DNA of 64,000 nucleotides from NCBI GenBank assembly GCA_950097015.1, contig CATNEN010000001.1, positions 16,802,001-16,866,000 of the forward strand, read 5' to 3'. Each line of letters starts with the position of its first letter. Position 1 is the stretch's first letter. The position numbers and the translations under genes were made by a program. This DNA comes from Macrostomum hystrix (taxonomy: Eukaryota > Animalia > Platyhelminthes). This document shows positions 27,441 through 39,200 of this stretch, piece after piece. The notes under the pieces are model-generated. The model was not told where the DNA came from. It searched no databases and saw only the letters and a program-made list of their open reading frames with translations.

Positions 27441-30137
27441 AAGCAAGCTCATCCTCTTTTTTCCTGTTAGCAACAATAAACAATTTCTAACAATTGAGAG
27501 AAATTTACAGTTTCTGAGAACGAAAACAGCTTTTGAGTGTCTGAACGAAAAAGCAATACGAAAATAAAAGCTACAAGCTATTTTAGAAAGTTTAGAAACA
27601 AATGAAGCGTCAACGATGTCAGCTTACCCACTCAACATTTTTATGCCCTCCCAATGTTGAGTTGAAATATTTTCATTTTATACACCTTCGCACTTCAGTT
27701 TAGCTACAAAAGGAACTAAAACCAATGCCTAAAGCTACCAAAATAGCTATTTGAAAAATACTTTCCTCTTTTTCTCACCATTTGCCTCATTGTTTTAATT
27801 GTCAGCTCATTTTCTGAAAAAAATTAAAAAAGAAATAATTAGAATTTGCAGTATTAATTTATGTGGATTCACTTGTCAGCCATTGTCTCGCTGCACTACT
27901 CACAGTAATACACCGAAAAAGTTAATTTTCTGTACGCCAAATGGTCATCGAGAAACGAAATTTGATGCATTATTACCTAGCCTTTTGCCGATCATCGAAC
28001 TGTTATTTCGACGAAAATGGTATATTTCTTTTCCCGAAATTCGACAGCCTAATGTGCAATATTCGTTTTACATGTATTGAAATCTAAAGCGTTTCTGTTT
28101 AAAGTGCAGGAGTTTTCTGAATGTCTGATTGCAAACCAAACTTTTATTTTGCTCTTTATCTGATGTATTGTAAAAATGAGTCTGCTATACCGAATTAGTT
28201 AAGAATAAGCTTGTAAATGCTGCAGTTCTGTTGTCGATGTAAAGCTCGATTTGGTGAATGGTAGGAATGTACGTTAATTTTGATAAAATGTGAAGTGCAG
28301 ACTAATAAATTATTAATAGAGCGCTCACGTTCCCATTGGTGCAGTGTAAATATGCACTGAGAGTCAGCTGTAGGCTAGCTTCGCTTTATAACAAGTTTTT
28401 ATGTACGCTTTGCGTCTGTACCGCAATTGCAATGGTTTTCACAGTGCCGCCAGTTTTTCTTTAAGCATATTTGTTTGAAAAAATTCTAAAGAAGTACTTT
28501 ATGTGAAATTTTAAATAAACTCTTTCAAAATATAAATAACGTTTTAAAACTTATTGACAAACTTGACATGCTCCAGCAAACTGAACAAGGCAATTTATAA
28601 AGAGAATATGTTACTGATAAAATTCAGTAACTTGTTGCTTTATTGTTAATTGCATATCTAAAATCCTAATAAGAATGGATACATCGTGTTAAGTTATTGC
28701 TTGCAGAATAAATTAGTTAAATAGGCATCAGCATCTGTTCTAGAAATAAGTGGCACTTATGCCGAGGCTAAATAAGTCACCAAACCAAGGATTGGTTGTT
28801 TAAGAGAATTGTAACATAAATATATAGTATGAATATGAGTTCGGAGACAGCTTGGCTTTGTGTAAAACACATTCAAGGTAATTTCCCAATGTAGCAAATG
28901 ACTTCATACAAGGAAATAACATCATTTAATTGTAATTGCATTTTTTGTTCAAATGGTATCTAAAAGCTAAACGATACGCGTTGTGCTAAGGATTACTGCG
29001 AAGTTTTTAGACAAAGTGTAAGCATGAAAACGTCTCGCTATTTTTTACACTTTTACACTTTTCACACGCTACATTATATGGTAAAATATCACTCCAGTGA
29101 AGTCTATTCCTGATCCAGTCGAAGCCACGGTAACATTTTTTAATTCGTTAGGGAATTATCGCAAATAGTCAAACAAATGTTTTCTTGATATTTGCTGATG
29201 CAACGTAGAATTCACAAATACAAAATGAAAAAAAGTTCTTTTCGTTTTTTACAACTGTCAGCTAAAGTAAATTATCAGTATTACGTAAGTTACTATGCAA
29301 ATATTTTTTACATGTTTAATTTATAAATTCTAATGCGAATTATAAATTAAATAAAATCACATTTTGGAGATCTTAAGCTGGTAATACGTTACACGGCTTC
29401 TGTCGTTTTTTTCGCTCTGCTATACAGCGATGCACGAAAGGAAGCTCATTTGGTGTCAGATATTTATTTTCTATTAATATAGAAATTCGAATTCATTGGT
29501 TCAGAAATTTATTTCACTAACATTTTATCTGATCTTTTAAAATCACATTCCGTGGTATTTTTTTTTAAATAAATCTTATTTATAAAGACTTGTTCACTTT
29601 TTACTATATTTAAATACTTTAGATTAAAAAAATATTTATTAAGAACACATATTATTCTACTCAGTTAATTAATGGGCTTAAAAATAAATACATTATTATT
29701 GTTTTTTGTTGCCTGTACTTCACTGGCATGACAATAGTGAAGGGTAATTGTATTAAAATTTATTATTAAGTCGCTATAATACTATCCCTGACTAAAGAAA
29801 ATATATACAACTTTATCTACCAGTTTCAAAGCTTTAAGCTTAACTATTATGATTATCCATATAATGAGTGCCATAAGATCTTGTCAAGATTCAAATGAAA
29901 ATTGTAGCTGCTGGTTGAACTAAATCAATGCAGAAATTTATTAGCCTGCTCAAAGAAAAACTTGCTTTTCCTCGGCTGATGTGTGAATTCGTGAAAAAAG
30001 TGAAAACAGTGATGTAACCTCATCTTATAGATAGTAGCTACTACTAAATGCAGACTTGAAGTTAAATAGTTTTATTTCTAAGTTAAAGTGAAAATTTTAT
30101 CGACTGTCCCGCAGCGCCCAGTTGATATTGAGCAGAC

Positions 30138-33100
30138 ATGCGTCGCTCCTCATCCGACTGGAGCAACCTTGGCGCCGACTATGACGAGGCGCGACGCAAA
30201 GCCAACCAGGTGATCATCAATGTGAACCAGTTCTTCCCGCTGCTGCAGGGGGGCATAAAACTCTACAAAGATAAATTATCCTACCTTGGCGACAACAGCT
30301 TCGATGCACCGTTGAGGCCGTTCGCCAGCTTGCCAGAGGAGGGCAGGACGCTCTCGCTGCCCAGCGTACCCGAGGAGCAGGCGACGACGGATGAAGCTAG
30401 CGTCCACGAGGCTGCCCCACTAGGAGCTGAGGATTCCACACTTTTTACAACCGAAGTTGAAGCCGATTCTCAGGAACTGCAGGCGTCGCCGCCGCCATCC
30501 AAGCCTGCCACCGTCGGCTCTCACGACGACGAATGGACGGCGAACCGCAAGAGAAAGAATTTGACTATGAGACAAACTGTGGATGAGGCTGTGGCCAGGT
30601 TTGTCCGTCAGCCTGTCCTGAGTGTCTGTCAGCCTGTCCTGAGTGTCTGTCAGCCTGTCCTGAGTGTCTGTCAGCCTGTCCTGATTGTCTGTCAGTCTGT
30701 CCTGATTGTCTGTCTGACTGTCGCGAGTGTCTGTCAGCCTGTCCTGATTGTCTGTCTGACTGTCGCGAGTGTCTGTTAGGCCATCCTGAGTATGTTTCAG
30801 CCTGTCTTGTGTCTGCGTTGTTGTATGTATCCGTCTGTCTGCCTGTCTGTCCTGACTGTCTCTTTGCCCATTTTGTGTGCCTGTCTGTCCATTATGCGTC
30901 TGTCAGTCTGTCAGTATATCTCTATATAGCCTGTCTGCTTTGGGTATCTGTATCAGTGTGTTTTGTCTCTAGTCAAAGTTGCTAATCCTTTCGCGCTGCC
31001 ATCTGCATTTCCAGACACTATCGGGACGCCATGCTGGCCATGAAGCAGGGTGACGACCTGCAGGCCATGCGGAAGCTGCACCGATGCATCGCCCTGCGGC
31101 CAGACGAAGCTGATTATTACCGACACCGAGCCGAGCTGTTTGTCAGGCAGTGCGACTTCCGCTCCGCCATCGCCAACTACCGGAAGTGCCTGCGACTGCA
31201 GCCGGAAGCGGCCGTTTCCGCTGGCTACTGGGACAGGCTGGCTTACCTGTACCTGCTCTATGGCCAAACCCTTTTCGATCAGGGCTACTATGCCGAAGCT
31301 TTAGAAAGCTTTGCCAAGGTTTGAATAAAATGATTCGGCAAATTTCTTTGCAGCCTGTAAAGAGGCTGTTCATAAGAACAGGGGGCCCCCTGCAGCGTAT
31401 AATTTACGACCTTGAGTGTCAACCTCCAATCTCAAAGGCACAGTTAGAGTGTATACTGCCCTGACGATGAGAAAGTCAGGCTTATTTGTTTTTTTAGTTT
31501 TTACATCAAGGTCCAAGAGCTCGATTCTGCGGCCAGGCTACATTCATTTGGGGCGCAGCCACGGAGAGAAGGCTTAGGGGCTTGTCGTCTGAGGACCAAC
31601 CTACAATAAACTGACAATGAGAAAGTCAGGGCAGATGTACAGCCCTGTGTGAGTGTGTTCCTGCGTACAGTATCTGTGTGGGTGTGTGCTCAGGAGTCAG
31701 TGGAATGGGCAGATTCGCCTCCTCGCTGGCTGTGGGTCTAAAACACTCACGAAACACTTCAACTGTGCATTGGAAGTTGGTCCTCACAGATGACAAGCGC
31801 CAAAGCCTTCTCTCCATGGCTGCGATCCAAATGAATGTTTCCTCGCCGCGGAATCGAGCTCAGGGACCTTAATGCGAGAGGCAAACGCGTTGCCAACCTC
31901 CCTATCTTAATAAATGAAAAAGCTATTTAGTAATTAAGCCTTTGAGAATATTTAACTAATCCCTCAGAAACCCGCTTGCAGGCCTCAGAAATGCAGCCGG
32001 ACAACGTAGCCTACCAGACGCGCAGCATCGCTTGTCTGACCGCCTTGGGCAGGCACTCCGAGTGCCTGGCATTGGTGAACAAAAGGCTTGAGACTAACAC
32101 GGCTAACCCCGACCTGTACGTGATGCGAGCTCGGCTCCACTTCATATTCAAAAGCTACACTCTGGCATACTACGATGCCAAAGACGCACTTGCCATCGCG
32201 CCGGAGCATCCGGGTGCCGTCCAGATGAGGGACTATCTGTTCCAGTCAGCTAGAAACTATGGAAGGTGCGCTCGGAAACAATTTTGGTCTTCTACGACTA
32301 TAATTTTGTTAATTTCTGTCGCTTTATTTAATGTCTGAGATAAATAAGGTTGATTGTACATTCGCCAAGGCCAGTGAAAGGATAGAGTTGAGTGTACATT
32401 CGCCAAGGCCAGTGGAGGATAGAGTTGAGTGTACTCGCACATTCGCCAAGGCCACTGGAGGATAGAGTTTAGTGTACATTCGCCAAGGCCAGTGGGGGAA
32501 CGAGTTGAGTGTACATTCGCCAAGGCCACTGGAGGATAGAGTTGAGTGTACATTCGCCAAGGCCAGTGGGGAAACGAGTTGAGTGTACATTAGCCAAGGT
32601 TAGGGGAGGATTGTGTGCGTTTGACAAGGTCAGTGAAAAGGACGGACAGGGACGGAAGAGATTATCCGCTAAGTAGAGCACATTGAGAAGAATTAAAATG
32701 AACAACCGACCAACCACTTGCACACCCGATAGGCAAGCGGTGGAACTGGCCATTAGCGGTCGCCTTCGCGAGGCACACAAGAAGGCCAGTCTGGCCATAG
32801 ACATGGATCCTTCAGTGGCCGAGTTCCACGTGCGTCGCGCCGCCCTAAACCGCCGCCTAGGAGACTTCAACTCGGCTGTGGAAGACTGCCTGATGGCCAT
32901 GGACAAATGCGATCACGATCCGGCAGCCAAGTCGTTCACGGACGCTCAAAGACAACTTCTGTTGACCTTCAACGATTTCGCCGTCGAGTGCTACATGAAG
33001 GGCTTCTATGAGGAGAGCGTCGGCCTGCTGGAGAAGGCCATCAAAGCTGAGAAGGGCGAGAAGGCTCTCTACGTTAACAGGGGCGACTGTTTCTATAGAC

Positions 33101-34896
33101 TTGGTCGGCTGCAGTTTGCACTGCTGGACTATGAACAGGTTAGACATCTTTGATTAGGACCTGCAGTGACTTCTTAACCTGAAATAAAAAGAGTTCACAC
33201 CACGCAGCGCGAAGATAGCGCCGGCTGAAATATAACCCAGCTAGAGGCGGAGGGGTGGGTGCCTTGGGTGGGTGTTTACACCCAATCAGCGAGCGCCGAT
33301 TGGACACGATAAGAACGGGACAGAGGGTAAGAGCTGAAAAGGAGGGGTGAAGAAAGAGAGACTGAGCAACTAGCCAATCAGAGACGTGGGAAAGGAAAGA
33401 GAAGTGAAGGTTAGCTAAGAAGTTGAACAAATACAGGGAGAGTGAAGAAAGTGCAATAAGGGCGCGCGAACGTAAACAAGTGCAGATAGAATGGAGAAGT
33501 AATGACAGGACCTCACTCGGATCCTTCAGTGAGCAGGCACAAATTTCCTACGTTTCCTCCCTAATCTAGGCCTTGGATCTTGATCCCAGCGACGCGTCCA
33601 TCGGTCTCCGACTGTCTCTAGTTCACCATCAGATGGGTCAAGCAGCTTTTCAAGAGAAAGACTTCTCACAGTCTGTGGTTTGCCTGACCAGAGCTTTGGA
33701 GCACAATCCGCTGTGCCATCACCTGTGGACTGCCAGAGGACGCTCGAGGTATTTCCAGACTGAAACACTGGCGGCCCAGGTGGACCTGGCGGTGGCCCTG
33801 CTGCTGCGTGCCGAGCTAGACGAAGCCATGCTGACCCTGCTGTCCAGACTTTTTGCTGGAACTCAAGCGGACAAAATTCTCAACGGGACGCCCGGATTAA
33901 GAAAGAAGGCAGAGAGAGAGCTTGCCAAGTGAGTATCTGCAGTGTTGCGGATGTTGCATGCAACTCTTAGTCTAGTAGGTGATGCTAGCCTGTGTAACAG
34001 GTGTTCAACAGGTAGATTCAAGTGTCTAACAGGTAGATTTAAGTGTATAACAGGTAGATTCAAGTGTCTAACAGGTAGATTTAAGTGTATAACAGGTAGA
34101 TTCATGTGTCTAATAGGTAGATTCAAGTGTCTAAAAGGTAGATTCAAGTGTCTAACAGGTAGATTCAAGTGTCTAACAGGTAAATTCAATTATCTAAAAG
34201 TTGGATTCAAGTGTCTAAAAGGTAGATTCAAGTGTCTAACAGGTAGATTTAAGTGTATAACAGGTAGATTCAAGTGTCTAACAGGTAGATTTAAGTGTAT
34301 AACAGGTAGATTCATGTGTCTAATAGGTAGATTCAAGTGTCTAACAGGTAGATTCAAGTGTCTAACAGGTAGATGAAATTATCTAACAGTTAGATGCAAT
34401 TGTCTAAAAGGTAGATTCAAGTGTCTAACAGGTAGATTCGATTGTCTAACAGGTAGATTCGATTGTCTAACAGGTAGATGTAGCAGTCTAGCAGAGCATG
34501 CAAAACATGTCACTAATCGTACAGCTCGTTAAATCAATACATGACGCATCACGCACGTGTAGATACTACCAGCCGCCGCAACTGCCTCAGCAACAACAGC
34601 TGTCAACAGTCCACCAATTCAACCCTGAGCAGCAGCAGCAGCAGCTCGGCAGCCCCGAAGATCCGTCGGTCGACACTCAGAGTCGTAGCAAGCTGCGGCG
34701 AAAGAAGCGTCGCGGCTCGCCGAAGAGTAGCATTCCGAGCGCGCTTGACTGCGCCAAAGACCGTCAGCTGAATCGCGACCTGGTCAGGGATAAGGCCCGC
34801 CTGGGCAGGGCTGTGCAGCGGATGCTGCGCGAGCCCGGACCTCCGATACCACCGCTCAGGCTGCTGCCCAGCTTGCAGCCAGCAACGGGAAACTGA
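30138..34896 (+). CDS. Tetratricopeptide-repeat protein, TTC16-like (~715 aa); exons 30138-30598, 31015-31318, 31982-32265, 32733-33138, 33570-33928, 34563-34896
   Basis: Consecutive TPR motifs (YYRHRAELFVRQCDFRSAIANYRKC; LYVNRGDCFYRLGRLQFALLDYEQA); GT-AG introns with matching phases 2,0,2,0,2; TTC16 assignment by recalled resemblance only. Confidence 0.85.
30606..30810. repeat. 21-bp intronic minisatellite (GTCAGCCTGTCCTGAGTGTCT)n
   Basis: Direct reading; begins 7 nt after the donor. Confidence 0.9.
31505..31742 (+). mobile_element. SINE family 1 copy (5'-truncated) in TPR-gene intron 2
   Basis: Homology to the other copies; a further fragment lies at ~31405-31482. Confidence 0.8.
31775..31900 (-). 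mobile_element. SINE family 1 5' half, inverted relative to the neighbouring copy
   Basis: Reverse complement of the B-box/head region. Confidence 0.8.
32352..32602. repeat. 37-38-bp intronic minisatellite (GAGTTGAGTGTACATTCGCCAAGGCCAGTGGAGGATA)n
   Basis: About 6-7 units, direct reading. Confidence 0.92.
33995..34480. repeat. 21-bp intronic minisatellite (AACAGGTAGATTCAAGTGTCT)n
   Basis: Direct reading. Confidence 0.95.
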
Positions 34897-34972
34897 ACTA
34901 GAAACCTTTTTGTTTTTTAATGCATCGTAAATGTTCGTCATAACTAGTTTATCGCTTCTTCAACTGACGTCT

Positions 34973-35378
34973 ATTCGTCAGATTCCAAATTCGTCAGATT
35001 CCAAATTCGTCAGATTCCAAATTCGTCAGATTCCAAATTCGTCAGATTCCTGATTCATCAGATTCCTGATTCGGCAGATTCCTGATTCGGCAGATTCCTG
35101 ATTCATCAGATTCCTGATTCGGCAGATTCCTGATTCGTCAGATTCCTGATTCATCAGATTCCTGATTCATCAGATTCCTGATTCGGCAGATTCCTGATTC
35201 ATCAGATTCCTGAATCATCAGATTCCTGATTCATCAGATTCCTGATTCGGCAGATTCTTGATTCTTCAGATTCCTGACGCTTCGGATTCCTGATTCATCA
35301 GATTCCTGATTCGGCAGATTCTTGATTCTTCAGATTCCTGACGCTTCGGATTCCAAATTCGTAAGATTCCGAATTCAA
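34973..35378. repeat. 16-bp minisatellite (ATTC(G/A)TCAGATTCC(AA/TG))n in the 3' region of the TPR gene
   Basis: Direct reading. Confidence 0.93.
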
Positions 35379-36294
35379 GGGAGTCCTGACTCCTCAGATT
35401 CCTAAGCATATTAAAAACCTTTTCTGATCTTTAGAGTTTCGAACAGCGATGTGAGCAAGTTAGTTTAAAGCCCAGTAATTGCAGTTTTCCTACAAGGTAG
35501 ACATTGAATTTCTACCAATTTTTTGTTAGAAAAGTACTTTTGAATGTAAATTTGTACCTAATTTTATCAAATAAAATTATTAACTTGTAAACCGTTGTCG
35601 GTCATAAAAATGAGTTAAAAATTAATGCAAATTTTGAGCATTCTGCGGTTTCTAAGAAACGTTTCTCAGACTGCTCAAATTAATTTTTGTGTGCTGAATA
35701 TAAGAATCCACGAGGGTTTGATAACTTCAACGAATCATTTAAAGCCAAGAAAAATTGTGTTGATTAAATAATTGCATTTTTAATGCTTCTGCCTTGGGAG
35801 TTCGCAAGTTCGAGTCTCAGCCTTTTTCCTCGAGCAAGATACTAACGCTATACACCTGTGTGAGCGTATGCCTGCGTACGGTATCTGTGTGCGTGTGTGC
35901 TCAGTGCCATTCACCGCAGTTCTCCTACAATTATTAGTGTAATTACTGTACGATTAAGGGGAACAACTAGTTTCATTGAGCAAGAAAAAAAATTCCTCAG
36001 TAAGTCAGTTCAAGCAGCTGTAAAATCGGTACCAGCATCAGCTGGGGTAGGAGTTTGGGTGTGTCCATGGACTGAATAGTTGTACACAGCCTTTAGAAGC
36101 GCAGCTGGCTTGGCTTTGTTTTTACGACTGACCATGATCAGAACCATTGACTCGAATCGTTTTCAAACATTGCCAATCGAGATTTCGCCATAGACAAAAA
36201 AGCGCGAATGTTTTCTAAAGTTGATCGCATTCCTCATTAGTTTCAATAACGCACCGAGATTGAGTCATCGTGTCAGCGCATATTTACCAGAGCT

Positions 36295-39200
36295 ATGCCC
36301 GAGCACTGCTGCCAAGCTGGGTGCATTCTGTTGCTGCAGTTGTTTCACGTGGCTCAGACCTTGCTGCGATTGAAGGCATGGCGGCTCGCCTATCTGTTAG
36401 TATCGGCCACTCTAATCTTCTCTGGTGCCTATCTGTCTATTGTTCTGAGCTGGTACTCACTGGATTCAGAGTCTGAGCTAGGCTTCTACCGCAGTGTTGG
36501 GCTGGACACCGCTTGGCACCTGCTGTCTCACAAGACCTCCAACCAGACAGGCTCGCTGCGGCTGGCCGTCGAGCGAGGACTGCCGTGGAACGAGGAGTTG
36601 GATCTGAGTTGCGGAAATTCGGCCAGAAAGTGCATTCAGAATCTGTTGAGCCAGATGAAAGGAAACGATCAAAAACTGCTGGAACTGATAGGCAAAGGCA
36701 GCGAGTCACCTGTCATGTTGGAGTGCTTGGCAAGTCGCAACCCTCCACCTGGCTACCGAAGTCTCGCCTGCAGCCTTCTCTACCAGCTGGCTGAGTCGCA
36801 ATCCTCGCCAAAGTTACTCGCTTTCAAAGAACAAAGCTTGCTTCACCTGAAGCTCGACCTCAACGCCAGCGCGATCAATTTCAGCAACACCGGTCGGCTG
36901 GCCACCACACATTCAACCGGCGTCGACCGAAGCGGTCAAAAGACTGTCTGCTCTACTAGCAATAAGCTATTTCGCACTGTGGTCGCTTCATCAATCTCAA
37001 TCAGTACAGTGGCTGCCACTTTCTACTTCACTCTTTCCACCGCCTATATCATCAACAGGCTTAAGCTTCAAGGCTTCCTGAAGCAGCAGCATCACAATGG
37101 ATTGTACGCAATCGCCTTCTGGCTACCCATCCTCCTTGTCACGCTACTCGAGAGCTTACTTTTGACTGGCGTGTTTGTCTCCGGCCACATGATTCGGTGC
37201 CCCGCGTCTCTCAACCGGCTTCGAGTCAGCGTCGTGTTCCTACTGCACTGCCTGAGCCTCGCAATGATGGCGATTCTATCGGCAACGATTGAAGTCAACT
37301 TCGGCGAAACCTGCTTGCTGATGATGCTGCTCAACCTGATTCTGATTGGCGGCTTCTCGTGCGCGCCAAGTCTCATTAGCCAAGGATTCACGGCACCGCT
37401 GTATGTCTACCCACCATTGAATGCGCCCTGGCTCATTGAGACCCACATAGCATCGGATGGCATGAAGCTGCTGTCACCTGTAGAGCTGGCACACGAAGCC
37501 AGAGTATTGCCGTACATGCAACTGACTCCAATAGTTCTTGCTATAGTGATCATCTATTTGGACTTTGTCTTGCCAAACGGCAATGGTCTCTGCCTGCCCT
37601 GGTACTTTCCGTTCAGTATAAAGTTTTGGCTCCCAAATCTGACACATTCCTACTTGAGTCCGACACATAGTGATGACAAAATAGACAGATCTCAGGAGAA
37701 TTTTATAGAACCAATGTCACCTGATTCTGTGCCATCTGCTGTACTCGATGACGTCAGCGTTGTCTACAGAACCTGCGGTTGCATCGGCACCTGCTGCTCC
37801 TGCGAAGCCATCGAAGCATTGAAGCATGTCTCTTGTAAGTGTTTTTTGTTAACAGTAGAACAGTAACACGCACATCTCTGTATCTCCTAAAATATTAAAC
37901 CGATCGCCATGAAAATGCAGAACACGGCCTAACATTTTCCCCTCTATCCGATAAAACAACTTCCAGAATCACAAAACATCGCATCGTCAAGATATTCAAT
38001 TATTCTCGTCGTGGTTTCAGATGCCAAAAAGTCAAATTTGGGCATCATTTTTCTGCTCACTTAACCATCCATGAAACCATGTCGGCTTATGATTTGTAGT
38101 AATATTTTGTGGGTTTGTGGGTTAAGTGGGTTAGCCAGAGACATACAGATCAATTTTGGTTGCCCTTGTCTCCAGGGTCTTCGACTAGAATTGCTGAATA
38201 TCTTGACGATACTGGCGTCGGATGGCTTTGAAAAGTAGTTCATCTTGTAGGGCAAAAAATGTTGATCCATATGGTCGATTCATATGCTCCAAAACACCCA
38301 TTCAAAGGCGAAATCTTTCCTGGTCAAATCACGTGGCTGCTAGGCAACAATCGCAGTGGCAAGTCGACTCTGCTAAAACTGCTTTCCGGCTTCTCCCACG
38401 AATCAGCGGCTCTGCCTGTTGTTGCTAGCGGATCCGTGACGCTGATGAACGGCCTTCGAATGGTTACATCTTTGGACAAGCTAAAGGTGAGAAGAAAGGT
38501 GGCAGCAATGATTAGTCACAAAGACAATGATGGCATCTGCTCTGCTCTGACTGTCAAACGGTGCCTGTCAATGACACTGGCTAGTCGCGGCTGCATCTGC
38601 GACCCTGGCACGACTGCAGCAACCCGCGATATACTGGCTCGTCTAGACTTGGAGGAAGTTTTGGACCTGAATGTCGTGCAGCTGAGTCCCTGCCAACGCC
38701 AGCTGTTTAGCCTGGCTTTAACCCTGATTAGCAACTCGCAACTGATTGTGCTAGACGAGCCAACGTCTTGCCTAGAGCCAGTTTTACAGCAGCAAGTTTG
38801 GCGTCTACTCCGAGACCTGTGCAGCCAGTCAGCATCCGTGTCCATTGTGGTATCCGTGAAGCGACGCGATATGCCGGCAATAACACCCAGCGAACGCATT
38901 ATCTATCTGTCTCACGGTCAGGTGGGAGGCATAGGATCTCTGCAGTTCCTATCCAATGCGTTCAACTGCCAACGACGCTGTGTGACCGTGAAAATGCTGA
39001 AAGTGGACGACGAGGTTGCGGCTGCTGCTACTCAAAAACTTCTGGATCGACTGCCTGACGGCACTGAGCACGTGCCTTCGCGTATGAGTCACAAGCTTAA
39101 ACTGCTCGTGGCGCCTGAAGCCCTGCTCCAGTGTTTAGACGTGCTGGAGTCTGCCGTGGGCGAGCTAATAGCTGATGATGGCATTCACCTTGGCCCTACG

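Noticed and set aside
31457-31482. Hammerhead ribozyme core (CTGACGA...GAAA) within the SINE
   Set aside because: Only 3 nt separate the two core motifs and no stem III/UH geometry is possible; a simple hairpin explains it better
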